A DNA stretch of 64,000 nt from Octopus vulgaris (lineage: Eukaryota), in NCBI GenBank assembly GCA_951406725.2, contig OX597833.1, positions 18,910,001 to 18,974,000 of the forward strand. The letters run 5' to 3'. Every line of letters begins with the position of its first letter. Position 1 is the stretch's first letter. A program made the translations under genes and the position numbers. A model generated the notes under the pieces. The model saw nothing but the letters and a program-made list of their open reading frames with translations. It was not told where the DNA came from and made no database searches. Below are positions 1 to 13,556 of this stretch, in pieces.

Positions 1-1599
1 TTTTATATAGATGGAAACTTCTTCAAATTGGAAAATTTCAAATATAAAACATCTACGAACTGTTACAAATAAACTGCCAAAACCCATGAAGTATATATGA
101 GAGAGTTACAAGTCATAATTCCAAACAATAAACAAATGGATAAACTCAAGTCCTATGAATACATACACACATACATACATACATCATCATCATTTAACGT
201 CCGCTTTCCATGCTGGCATGGGTTGGACGATTTGACAAGAAAAAAGCTACACACACATACCTATGTATGCATATACATACATATATAGATATGTATATAG
301 GCATGGCCATGCTCTAAGAAGCTCCCTTCTCAATGTCATTTCGGGTTTAATCCCACGGCATGACTCCTTGAGAAAGTGCCTTCTACAATAAGGCCAGCTG
401 GAGCAAATCCTCGTGAATAGATGAGGCAAACAGAAACTGAAAAGAAGCTTATGGTACACACACACACATCATCATTTTTGTCATCATCCATCATCATCAT
501 CATCGTTTAACATTTGTCTTCCATACTTAATCGTTTGAAAGGATCCAGGTGAACTGGCAGTCAATCAGCAGTGAACCCCAGTGTCTGCTTTGACCTAGTT
601 TCTATGGCAGGATTCCTTTCCTAGCACCGACCACTTTACAGAAAGTGTTCTGGGCGCTATTTTTGTGACCCTGGCACTAGTGAGGTCGCAAAGTAACCCA
701 CGAGACAAAGAACAATAGACAAAATCCCTACAACTGAGTGGGGTTATAGTAAAGAGGGAGTTGGTTTTATGAAAGGTGTTGAGAGGCTTAGCTTAAGCAT
801 AATAAGCAGACAGGTACAGGTGTTTTGCTTTGGAAGTAATATATGGCTACCTTGGATTATATAGAAGTGTGTGTCTGAGTAGTGAGAAAGAAGATAAAGA
901 TGTTAGTGATGAAGTATCAGAAATTACTCACAAGGTACAAGAAGGTGAGTATAAAGGAGAATATAGACAGGGGATCAGGTATGGGTGAACAAGTTCATAG
1001 GAGTGAGGGAGGAGAGTGACAAGTGGGGGAAATGCATCTTTCTGAGTCATAGATTCACAGGTCTGGTTTACTGGATTCTCTGGTATATATATTTCTTTAC
1101 TGCCCACAAGGGGCTAAACATAAAGGGGACAGACGAAGGGATTGAGTCGATTATATCGCCCCCAGTGCGAAACTGGTACTTTATTTATCGACCCCAAAAG
1201 GATGAAAGGCAAAGTTGACCTCGGCGGAATTTGAACTCAGAACGTAACGACAGACGAAATACCGCTAAGCATTTTGCCCGGCGCGCTAACGATTCTGCCA
1301 GCTCGCCGCCTTGTTTATACTCTCTTTATACTCTCTGGTATATATACTCTCCCCTGGATGGGATATTAGTCTGTCACAAGATTATTCATTTTTGCCAGCT
1401 GGGTGGACTGGAGCAACATGAAATGAAGTGTTTTGTTCAAGAACACAAAGCATCGCCTGGTCTGGGAACTGAAACCACAATCTCATGACCATGAGTCCAA
1501 CACCCTAGCCACTAAGCCACATGCCTCTGCTTAGTGTGGTGAGAGGTAAATATCAATATATGGGATGGTAAAAGAAATAGCTTATAAAAGGTGATGAGT

Positions 1600-2555
1600 G
1601 GCAGTACAGGAAGGCTATTCTCCACTGGCTTTTATTCATTCAATGTAGTACTTGCTAATTACATCTAAGAAGCAAAAGCTATCAACTATTTCTAGTGAGC
1701 CATCCAGGCATTTAAGAGAATAAATTTCTGGCGTGCTCATGGTATGAACTGCTCCAGTGCATCTATCACATATGAATCTTATGTTCCCCGTCAGTCTGCC
1801 TGTGTTTCCACTACATAACTTGTGTGTCCATAGCTTACACTGGGTATAGCATATGGACTTTATACTTACACCTTTTATGCATGTTGAGCAAGGCCATTTC
1901 CATGAAGGTACCAGGGTCCTGTCTTCTTTCCTGCTTACTAAAATTTTTATCTTTGCTTAGAGTGCCTAAAGACCTCCTGATTCTAGGTTTAGCTTCCAGA
2001 CCTGGAATGTCTCTTATTTCTCCTGTAGGTTCAGCTATAAGAACTAGATCATCAGTATGTAAGAGAGTTGTTTTAAAAACTCCACTGTGCAGATATGAAG
2101 GACTATGATGAATAGGGAAGGACTGAGTACTTAGCTTTGATGAACTTCCACCTTCATATTAAATTCATAATTAAAATTGTTATCTCTCTTATTGCATCTT
2201 TATACAAGCCCTTTATCTACAACTAGTTTCCTTAAGGAGCATCAAATTACTAATCGTGGTACCCTACCAAACGCTTTCACAAAATCAACAAAAGCCAGGA
2301 ATAATGTTTTATTCTTAGCCAGGTATTTTTTCCTGCAGTTACTTCACTAGGAAGATTGTATATGTGGTACCACTTTGGGGCACAAAATCAAACTGCATCT
2401 CATCTAGGTCTGTTCAGTCATGGATCAATTATGCCTATTACTCTCTCCATGACTTCATAACCTGATCCAATAGTTTGATCCCTCTGTTGTTGTTTCACTC
2501 TAAGATATCTCTTTTGCTTTTGTGGTAATTTATGATGACATTGATACGCCAGTCA
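1600..2555 (-). mobile_element. Decayed RTE-type LINE reverse-transcriptase fragment
   Basis: Motifs MQFDFVP..GTT, KAFGRVPR, VHQS*VLSPSLFIIV and LLHTDDLVLIAE, with stops and frameshifts. Confidence 0.75.
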
Positions 2556-3949
2556 CTTGGTACACACACACACACTCTCTCTCTCTCATTGTTTTAACAT
2601 CCACCTTTCTATGCTCGAATGGGTCAGACAGAATTACATTGTGACACATTTTCTATGGCTGGATGCACTTGCTGTCATCAAGCCTTACTATGTTTCCAAG
2701 CAAAGTAACATTTCCCCATGGCCAGATATGTTTTCATAGAATATTGAAATGAATGACAATCGTTTACAACAATCAAATGTTGAGACAAGGAGACACAAAC
2801 ATACATACACAACAGGCTTTTTTCAGCTTCTGTCTACCAAATCTACTCACAAGTCTCTTAGGTCATCCTGGGGTTATTCTAGAAGATGCCCAAGGTGCCA
2901 CACAATGGGATTGAACCCAAAACCATGTGGTCGAGAAATAAACTCTTTTACCACACAACCATGCCTGCACCTGCATACATACAGTTCCATATAAGGAAGC
3001 ACAGGTGTCAGTTTCAATGGTTAAGGATTTAGTTGCTTGATAAAATGCATCACCAAACACTCACACACACACACCATCATCATTTTAATGCCCACCTTCC
3101 CATGATCAAAGTTTATTGAAGCAGATTTTCTACAGCCAGATGCCATTCCTGTTGCCAACCCTCACCTGCTTCCAAGCAAAGTCAGGTCATATTTCCCCCA
3201 AAGTCCAGACATGCTTTTGCAGAACACTGGAAATGAATGATACTGCTTGTACACAATACATATACATACAAAGATTTATATGATGTGATTCTTTCAGTTT
3301 CCATCTACCAAATACACCCACAGGATTTTGCTCAGCCTGGGGTCATAACAGACAGCAGCTGCCCAAGATGCTATGCAGTGAGACTTTACCCAAAACTATG
3401 TGGTTTGGAAGCAAGCTTCTGAACCATGTCTGTGATTATACACACATGTATATATACACAAATATACATACACATATATCATATACACATGTATATTTAT
3501 ACACATACATATATAAATATTTAGGCACAAGCAAAGCTGTGTGGTTGAGAAGTTTGCTTCCCAACCATGTGGTCTTGGGTTCAGTCCCACTGCATGAGCC
3601 CCAGGCTGACCAAAACCTTGTGAGAGAATTTGGTAGATGGAAACTGAAAGAAGCCCATCACACACATACACGTATGTGTGTGTGTCTGTCAGCATGTGTA
3701 AATTCCCTTGTCCAAGATCACTCGAGCAAAATTGCTTGTTTCTCATCTTCCACGAAAAAACATGTCTGGCCTTGGAGAAATATTATCTTAATTGAAAACA
3801 GGTGACATCCAGGAAGGGCATCCAGGTGTAGAAAATCTGCCTCAACAAATTCCACCTGACCCATGCAAACCTGGAAAAGTGGACATTAAATGATGATGGT
3901 AATGATAATACATACATTCAAAAGTACATACATATATATAGCTTAAATC

Positions 3950-5039
3950 TAAAGAAGGTATACATATAAAAGTAATTTTTAAAGAAAAGCTTTCTTTCAC
4001 ATGCAAGGTAATTTACAAAGAATTAACCTGAAAGCTGTAATAAATAAATTTGAAAGTTTATATTTTATATATATATATATATATATGACCAATGTGTAAT
4101 CTAAAATAAGAAGATATCAATGAAAAGTGTGGAACAATTTGAAAATATTCATTTAATCAATAATGCTTATATTTTAAAACGTATTGTATATTATTAAAAA
4201 TGTATAATATAAATGTCTGTGACTATGTTGATTAGAAAAAAAGATGTTAATGTACTCAGAAAACTATGTGATATAGAATTAATGATGCGTAGAATATTAA
4301 CACTTTTAAAGGTTTATTATAGAAATAGCAGTGAAAACATTTAGAAGTAGAAAAAATGTTTAAGGAAAAAAAATCACAATAGGATAAAGCAATAGTTAAT
4401 ATCTTGTATTGCTTATACTAAAAATTCACTTTTGGATATCAACAAATATATATTATAAAATAGCTGAATCAGAGAGAAATATAAAAAATATCTAGAAAAA
4501 ATATCTAAATCAAAAGCAACAACTTAATATGAATGGCTTAATACATATGAACAAAATCTAGTATATATGTGTGTATATATGTGTGTATTTTCTATTATAG
4601 GAGAATAAACAAGTCTAAATATGAAACTATATAAATTCATTCATGTTATATATAATATATATCTCGTATTTTTTTTATGTAAAATTTTCTACAATGTATA
4701 ATAAATGTTACACTTTTTAATCAGTCAAAATGGTGAGTTTCAGACATCTAAATATCAATTAATGTGTATGTGTCAAAAACATGCATGTTGAAAATATATT
4801 AAATACATATACATACACAAGACTTTATATGAATAAATAGATATTAACTCAAAGCAGTATTTTTTTTTTTTTTTCAACTTTAAAAAATCCCAACCTAAAT
4901 TTCCTTTTTCTTGTTATACTAGAAAAATATGAGAGAAAAGGGACTAAAACTAAATGAAGAAATCTTTGAAAAAACAGTGTTAAGAGTAAAAATTAAAAAT
5001 GAAATAAAATCAAAAAAATTATTAAAATTTCACGTTTTG
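3950..5039 (-). other. Probable 3'UTR of gene 1
   Basis: Repeat-free, very AT-rich tract directly after the stop; minus-strand AATAAA at 4313-4318. Boundary approximate. Confidence 0.5.
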
Positions 5040-5782
5040 CTAATGTAAGAAAAGTGTAAGATGTAACCTATCCCTTTGAGTCGTGGGGCTTGGTTCTGAG
5101 ATTGGTGTCTGATATGCCACTGAGTAAGACTTGTTGTTATACTTTGCAGGATACAATTCTGTCCTGATTTGTTGTGAAGGGCAGACTGAACCTTGTGAGT
5201 GATTATCTTGAAGTTGGCAATTTTTGAAGAACGATGATAGCTGAGAAATAACCGAGGAATCTTTTTCCCATATTAAACTACCGTTAGAAATGACAGGGTT
5301 GGCACTGACGTCAAAATTGCTACAAACAGGCGTCGATTTGTGTAATGTCTCTACATTTGCATTTGACGCCTGCTGACAGTCGGCGCCAGCAGCACCACCA
5401 GAAGCAGTAGCTGCACCTGCTGCTGTTGGTTTAGCTGCAGATGCTGACATCGGTGTTGATTTTGAAGCTGTGTCAGTCAAAGTGGGTTGCAAAGTATTCA
5501 GGACATCAGAGAGTTTTTCAGTCGGTGAAGAATTCTTTGCCGTTTCCGTGACGATCTTCTGTGGTGGTTTCAGGCTTTCATTTGTCTTACAGTTGATTGG
5601 GCAGTTAGTTTTGCTGAAAACTGGTTTAGAAGTCAAAGAGCTGGAAACTAAATTGAACGGTGGAGACGGTTCTTTGTTCATTCGGTGATTAACTTTCAGT
5701 GGTGCCCTTGGGTCGTTAAATCCATTTGGTTTTAATGCCAATGTGCCTAATTTTTTAATGGGGACTACATGATGGGATGAAT
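5040..5782 (-). CDS. Terminal coding exon of an uncharacterised low-complexity (P/S/T/A-rich) protein, gene 1
   Basis: ORF 5040-5741 extends upstream to a strong acceptor (ttttcttccctcacag|AT, exon starts 5782). TAG stop at 5040-5042, followed by a long AT-rich 3'UTR-like tract. Phase 1 matches the donor at 17668 (RQ-N-SSHHVVPIKKLG). Confidence 0.85.
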
Positions 5783-6904
5783 CTGTGAGGGAAGAAAAAA
5801 AAAAGAAAATATATTTTATAAGTTATCCAAAAACATCAGATCACTCACTATATTATTATTATTATTATTATTATTTAATTGTTATTGATTTCTAACAATG
5901 GCACTAAGATACAAAATCACAGATAAAGGATATACTATTTTACTTGTTTCAGTCATTTGACTATGGCCATGCTGGAGCACTGCCTTTAGTTGAGCAAATT
6001 GACCCCAGGACTTATTCTTTGTAAGCCTAGTACTTATTCTATCGGTCTCTTTTGCAGAACTGCTAAGTTACGAAGACGTAAACACACCAGCATTGGTTGT
6101 CAAGCAATGTTGGGGAGGGACAGACACAGACACACAAACATATATACGACGGGCTTCTTTCAGTTTCCATCTACCAAATCCACTCACAAAGCTTCGGTTG
6201 GCCTGAGGCTATAGTAGAAGACACTTGCCCAAGGTGCCATAAAGCGGGACTGAACCCGGAATCAATGAAATCAACACTAGTATTTGCAGACCTGAGATTG
6301 ATTGGGTTTCAACTTGGAAAATAGAGATACAAAACTAAATATTGTAAAGTTTATTAACTGACACTTTGTTCATTATTTACATAATTCCTCATCTCTTAAA
6401 TATAGAACTGACACTTTGCTGTTTCTGCTGTCACCATATTCTACTGGAACTGGCAAGATCAAGAAAGCACTGACCTAACACCTTCCAATATTTAAAGTAC
6501 CATATTGGATGGTATATAAAACACACTTTCTTTTCCAAAAAAATATCTAAAAAGGATGAAAGGCAAAGCCGACCTCAGCAGAATTTGAACTCAGAACATA
6601 AAAACGAGCGAAATGCTGCTTAGCATTTCGCCTGGTCTGCTCATGGTTCTGCCAGCTCACCAATAATGATAATAATAATCCTTTCTGCTGGAAGCACAAG
6701 GCCTCAAATTTGGGGGAAGAGATTAAGTTGATTACATAGACACCAGCGTGTAACTGGTACTTGATTTATTGACCCCGAAAAGATGAAAGGCAAAGTCAAC
6801 CCTGACAGCATTTGAACCCAAAACATGAAGGCAGATGAAATACTGCTAAGCATTTTGCCCGGTTTGCTAACAATTCTGCCAGCTTGCCACCTTAATTATA
6901 ATAA

Positions 6905-7455
6905 TAATTTATTCTTTTTATTGGCCACAAGGGCTGACACACATGATTAGTAAACATAAAGGGACAAAACAGGACGAAAGGTTACAAAGGGTTTTGTCTG
7001 TTTTTGAAAAAATTCGAGTAAAAACTGTTTAACAACGAAAGATTGTAACAATGAAAAACTCCCAATTGGGGGAGGCGCTTCGAAAGGTTCCTGGTGGAAA
7101 AAACCCCATAAAAGCCAACGGGAGCCTGGTCAAAAGGGGGGTAGAGAGCCCCTTTCTCCTTTTATAAAACCTTTTTCAATCACAGGCGAAACCTGAGAAC
7201 TGGTCCATTTATACTGGCCATTCTCGCACAATTCACCCACCTTTCAGAAAACTTGCTATCGGACAGCACTCTCCTCTCTAACCTCATCTTCCTTTTCAAA
7301 TGAAACTTGAAAAAGTTGATGAGGCCTTGACCAAAGAGGAAAGTGTCTGACTTTAGCCCTTTCAAACGGGTCCACTATACGATCTCTTTCGCCACAGCCA
7401 CTAGGCACAGGAAAAAGGCCTCGCCCTCCTTGTTAAAGGAGGTCGGCGGGGCAAT
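6905..7455 (-). mobile_element. 3' end of a non-LTR retrotransposon (Tx1/L1-like ORF2 C-terminus plus 3'UTR)
   Basis: ORF end ...LINFFKFHLKRKMRLERRVLSDSKFSERW...* followed by a UTR with AATAAA and a (TAA)n tail. Clade assignment tentative. Confidence 0.55.
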
Positions 7456-8970
7456 AATAATCATTTCAAGTTTTTGCACAAGGCAAAATTTTAAGGATTT
7501 ACATCAGCCCCAGGTCTTGAATTATACTTATATTTTATGACCCTGAAAAGAGGAAAAGCAAAGTTGAATAATAATTGTGATGATGATGTGAAAAATTGAA
7601 ATGATTATTATTATTATTATAATTTAAGTGGCAAGGTGGCAGAATCGTTAGCAAACTGGGCAAAATGCTTAGCGATATTTCACCTGCCTTCATGTTTTGG
7701 GTTCAAATGCTGTCAGGGTTGACTTTGCCTTTCATCCTTTCGGGGTCAATAAATTAAGTACCAGTTACACGCTGGTGTCGATGTAAGCTACTTAATCTCT
7801 TCTCCCAAATTTGAGGCCTTGTGCTTCCAGTAGAAAGGATTATTATTATTATTATTATCATTATTGGTGAGCTGGCAGAACCATTAGCACACCAGACGAA
7901 ATGCTAAGCAGCAGTTTGCTCGTCTTTATGTTCTGAGTTCAAACTCCGCTGAGGTCGACTTTGCCTTTCATCCTTTTAAGGTGGATAAATTAAGTACCAG
8001 TGAAATGCTGGGGTTGATGTAATTGACTTACCCTCTCCCCCAAAGTTTCAGGCCTTGTGCCTTTAGTAGAAAAGATTATTATTATTATTATTATTATTAT
8101 TAAGGAAGAATTGTTAGTACACCAGACAAATATTTGGTGGCATTTCTGGCTCATGTTCAGATTCTGCTGGGGTCAACTTTGCTTTTCATCCTTCTCGGGT
8201 TAAAATAAAATAAAATACCACTAACAAACTGGGGTTGACGGTGTAGCAATAACCATTTTAGCCATTTTGAAATGTGGCGCGAATTGGCAATATGACGTAA
8301 TGTCTTTGCCAAAGAATTAGCATTTTCGTTTTTTTCCCATTGGTTAAAATAACTGCTCGTATAAAGATTCTAGAAGTTTCGAAAAGAATGTTTGTCCTGA
8401 ATTTCAATTCTTTTTGATCAGGTTGAGCAGTTATAAAAACCCTGGATTTGGGGAGAGACTTTAGTGTTCATTCGGTAGTCATTCAACTCCACGACAACTC
8501 ACTCTTTTGGAAACATCGGTAAATTTTTATGCCATGTCTACGTTAATCACAAATCTATTTTGATTTGTTGGTTAACGTATTAGATAGAAAAAGAAATTAG
8601 CTAAGGAATTTAAAGTCATTTTTTTTCATGACTAAGATATCTTTCTTCTTGTAAATAAATATAAAATGTTATATTTATATAAATAAAATAATTAAAAAAG
8701 GAAATGTTTCTCTTCACGTTTGTTTTTCAACTGAGCATAGATAAATATGCATTTCTGTAATCTTTGTTTTATGTTTCTTATAGCGGTTTAAAGGACACGA
8801 TTAAAATATTCAACATACATGGTCGTTGAGTTAGCGTTCCATGCGTATATGTCTATATGACGTTACAACTGCAGTTAGGGTTAAAGATACAATGATAACA
8901 TTTAGTATAAGTGACAATAAATCATTATATTTTCCCTTACTCAGAGGAAAGCCTAAATAAATAATATAAC

Positions 8971-9197
8971 TTAACCCTTTAGCATTTAAACCGGCCATAT
9001 CCGGCCAAAAGTCTCCTGCCTGTTTTATGTACAAACTGGCCAGATCTGGTCTCTCACACCAACCCTACAATATCGTTTTAAAAATTAACAGCTACCTCAT
9101 CAAAATCTTATAGCACCAAGATAATCCTCTGATTAGTTCAAGACGTGGATGAAAAAGGATTAATTTTGGCAGAATAATGCAAACACTAAAGGGTTAA
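8971..9197. mobile_element. piggyBac-type MITE
   Basis: TTAA-CCCTTTAG ... CTAAAGGG-TTAA; family fragments also at ~44440-44660 and 52490-52562. Confidence 0.75.
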
Positions 9198-9991
9198 GAG
9201 AAAGCTTAAGGTAGAATAAACCGACAGCCGCCGTAGGAAAACGGTATTGACTAATTCCCTCTCTTTTAAAAACAATTGCTGGCCTTGTACCAAAATTTGA
9301 AACCCACCATCACCACCAACACCATCATTGTCATCAAGGTAGCGAGTTGGCAGAACCATTAGCATACCGGATGAAACGCTTTGCAACATTTCATCTATCT
9401 TCATGTTCTGAGTTCAAATGCCTCCAGAGTCAACTTTGCCTTTTATCCTTTCGGGGTCAATAAATTAAATACCAGTTGAGTACCGAGACCAATGTTATCG
9501 ACTAATTGTGCACCCCCAAATTTCAGGCCTTGTGCCTATAGTAGAAAGGCTTATTATTACTATTATTATTATATAATTAGAAGAGTGCAATGTAATATGT
9601 AATAAAACAAATTGACATTGTTTATTGTTTGAACAGAACAATATTTCGACATTATGTCTGTTTTCTTCAGGTTCAAAATAGGAAATGTAACATACAGTTC
9701 ATCCTCTTCTAATTGTGTATTTATCTTTGTGAAGAGTTACACTAATCTTTGCAAAATATTATTATAGTAATAATAATAATAATAGTAAGAAGAAGAAGAA
9801 GAAGGTGAAGAAGAAGAAATCCGCCGAAACTACACCTGATTGTCCCCCTTCCATACTCATATGTGTATGTCATGACTCATGCACTGTTCTTTTCCTGACG
9901 CTTGTACATTACCCTATGTACTATACATACACTTTAGATGAGTTGGAGTGCACCCAAGCACTGTACACAATGTTTTATTATTATTATTATT

Positions 9992-10113
9992 ATAAGAAGA
10001 AGAACAAGAACAAGAAGAACAAGAACAAGAAGAAGAACAAGAAGAACAAGAAGAAGAACAAGAAGAAGAAGAACAAGAAGAAGAAGAACAAGAAGAAGAA
10101 AAAGAAGAAGAAG
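9992..10113 (+). repeat. (AAG/AAC)n microsatellite
   Basis: Directly visible. Confidence 0.95.
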
Positions 10114-10828
10114 CTGAGCTGGGGGGCAGTCCTCTGGCTCACCACCATCAAGCTATCCAACTCACGCCAGCATGGAGGGAAGACATTAAATGGTGATGTT
10201 AAGTAGAAGCAAGGTTACACTGCTGAAAACTAAGTCTTTGGAGTTAGCTGAAGGAGGAGGAGGAGGAATAGAAAAGCAGATGAACAAGATTGCAGTTCTA
10301 GAGTGAAGTAGTTGAATTTTCTTTAACTCTTTTTTTATTCTCTTACTTGTTTCAGTCATTTGACAGTGGCCATGCTGGAGCACTGACTCTAGCCGGACAA
10401 ATCATCACTAGGACTTATTCTGTGTAAGCCTAGTACTTATTCTATTTGCTAAGTTATGGGGACATGAACACATCAACATTGGTTGTCAAGCGATGGTAGG
10501 GGGTGACAAACACACACAAATATATATATATGTGCCGGTGGCACATAAAAAGCACCATCCGAACGTGGCCGATGTCAGCGCCGCCTTGGCTGGCTTCCGT
10601 ACCGGTGGCATGTTAAAAGCACCAACCGATCGTGGCCAATGCCAGACTCCCCTGGCACCTGTGCCGGTGGCACGTAAAAGGCACCCACTACACTCGCGGA
10701 GTGGTTGGCATTAGGAAGGGCACTGCCAGATCAGACTGGAGCCTGGTGCAGCCCCTGGCTTCCCAGACCCCGGTCGAACCGTCCAGTCCGTGCTAGCGCG
10801 GAAAACGGACGTTAAACGATGATGATGA

Positions 10829-10871
<43 letters not shown>

Positions 10872-11973
10872 AAATTAATAAATAAAACATATGCATATAT
10901 ACATACATATATGTACCTACCTCTACATGTATATATACATGCATATATGGGTACAGGACACCAAAAAAACATCGAACAATAAGAAACGAAAACATAAACA
11001 CAAAACCAAGGAACTGGACATTTTTCTTAAACAACGAAAAAATAGAGTACAGGTCAAATAATACAACTGACTTCTTTCTGTTTTCATCTACCAAATCCAC
11101 TCACAAGGATTTGGTTGGCCCGAGGCTATAGTCTTTATGTTTCTTATTTCTTTACTACTCACAAGGGGCTAAACACAGAGGGGACAAGCAAGGACTGACA
11201 AAGGATTAAGTCGATTACATTGACCCCAGTGCTTAATTGGTACTTAATTTATCGACCCCGAATGGATGAAAGGCAAAGTCGATCTTGGCGGGATTTGAAC
11301 TCAGAACGTAGCAGCTGACGAAATACCTATTTCTTTATTACCTACAAGGGGCTAAACACAGAGGGGACAAACAAGGACAGACAAACGGATTAAGTCGATT
11401 ACATTGACCCCAGTGCGTAACTGGTACTTAATTTATCGACCCCGAAAGGATGAAAGGCAAAGTCGACCTCGGCAGAATTTGAACTCACAACGTAGCAGCA
11501 GACGAAATACCGCTAAGCATTTCGCCCGGCGTGCTAACGTTTCTGCCAGCTCGCCGCCTTTCTATAGTCTTTATGTTAACCTAAGGCTACAGTAGGTACC
11601 ATGCAGTGGGACTGAACCCGGAAACTATGTGGTTGGGAGGAAGCAAGCTTCTTACCACACAGCCATACAGAAGTATTTAACATCAGTGAGATGTAATATG
11701 GATATGGTCTGTAATGTGTGTGTCCATGAGTCTAACAGCAGGAGTACCTCATATATGTGAACAGGGTACCAATGTGGATCACATTTGAGCTTTGTAGAGA
11801 AGATCAGCAGGTAAGTAAGTGCTCTGAGATGAACACAAGTCAACTGAGAAAGTAGCTGGATATTAATGAGCAATGTGTACTGAAGAAGCAGCCATGCAAA
11901 CAGGGAAATGTAAAGCAAATGAACAACACGTTCTGAGTGAATAAAAGGATGAAGAATACATCACTATATTATT

Positions 11974-12164
11974 ATGACAGGGTTGGCACTGACGTCAAAA
12001 TTGCTACAAACAGGCGTCGATTTGTGTAATGTCTCTACATTTGTATTTGATGCCTGCTGACAGTCGGCACCAGCAGCACCACCAGTAGCTGCACCTGCCG
12101 CTGTTGGTTTAGCTGCAGATGTAGATGGAGATGTCACAGCAGGCATCGGTGTTGATTTTGAAGC
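11974..12164 (-). pseudogene. Intronic copy of part of gene 1's terminal exon (5290-5468)
   Basis: High nucleotide identity, same orientation, two frame-preserving indels. Confidence 0.9.
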
Positions 12165-13556
12165 GACTTACCACACAGCCACTCCTCGGTGAAATTTTGA
12201 TTTTTTATTTCTGTTTTTCCATGATTTGTTAGGTGAAATGGAAGGGGTCATGATGTAGATAGGCTCACTGATATTGATGAGTTTCATGTTGTTAATCTTT
12301 AGTTTGAACATTTATTAGTGAATATCTGCAGCAAACTAGGCTAGAATAAGTACTAGGCTACAAAGAATATTTAAGAGATCATCATCGTTTAACGTCCGCT
12401 TTCCATGCTAGCATGGGTTGGACGGTTCAACTGGGGTCTGGAAAGCCAGAAGGCTGCACCAGGCCCAGTCTGATTTGGCAGTGTTTCTACAGCTGGATGC
12501 CCTTCCTAACGCCAACCACTCTGTGAGTGTAGTGGGTGCTTTTTACGTGCCACCGGCACGGAGACCAGACGAGGCTGGCAACGGCCACGATCACATAGTG
12601 CTTTTTGTTCCACCGGCAGAGGCCAGTCAGAGCGGAGCTGGCTACGGTCACGTTCAGATGGTTCTCTTACGTGCCACCGGCACTGGTATCATAGATGGGG
12701 AATTATTTACATTATGCACTGTTCGTAAAGTGCAGTCATTTATTCTTTTACATGTTTCAGTCATTTGACTGTGGCCATGCTGGAGCGTTGCTTTTAAAGG
12801 GGTTTGATCAAACAAATTGATCCCAGGACTTATTCTTTGTAAGCCTAGAACATATTCTATCTGTTTCTTTTACTGAACCGCTAAGTTACAGGGATGTAAA
12901 CACACCAACATTGGTTGTCGAGCAATGGTGGGGGGGGGACAAACACAGACACAAAGACACACACATAAATATATATACATACACACATATACATATATAT
13001 ACAACAGGTTTCTTTCAGTTTCAGTGTACCAAATCCATTCACAAAGCTTTGGTTAGCATGAGGCTGTAGTAGAAAACACTTGCCCAGGGTACCACACAGT
13101 GGGACTGAACCCGGAACCACATGATTGGGAAGCAAGCTTCTTACCACACAGCCATGCCTGCGCTTATGGAAATGACTCATTTATCACTGCCTGTTTTTCA
13201 AACCAAACTTCTATTATAAAAGAGGACAGATGTATTTGGTTTCAACCATCAACATTCTTTCCCTGAATTAGTCATTTGCATAATACTGCCTTTATTGAGG
13301 CCTACCTGACACACCCATCTCTTGATATCCCAACTAATATTAATCTAACTACTGATTTTCTCACTCCTTCCACGGAAATTCATCCCACAGGAATTGCCTC
13401 CTCACTCATGAGTTTCCCGCAGATGTTCACTAATAAATGTTCAAACTAAAGATTAACAACATGAACCTCATCAACATCAGGGAGCCTGCCTACATCATGA
13501 CCCCTTCCATTTCACCTAACAAATCATGAAAAAACAGAAATAAAAAATCTCACCAA

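Noticed and set aside
9805-10206. Lys/Asn-rich 133-aa ORF (likewise His/Ser-rich ORFs at 63425-63716 and 57994-58368)
   Set aside because: Trinucleotide microsatellite translations.
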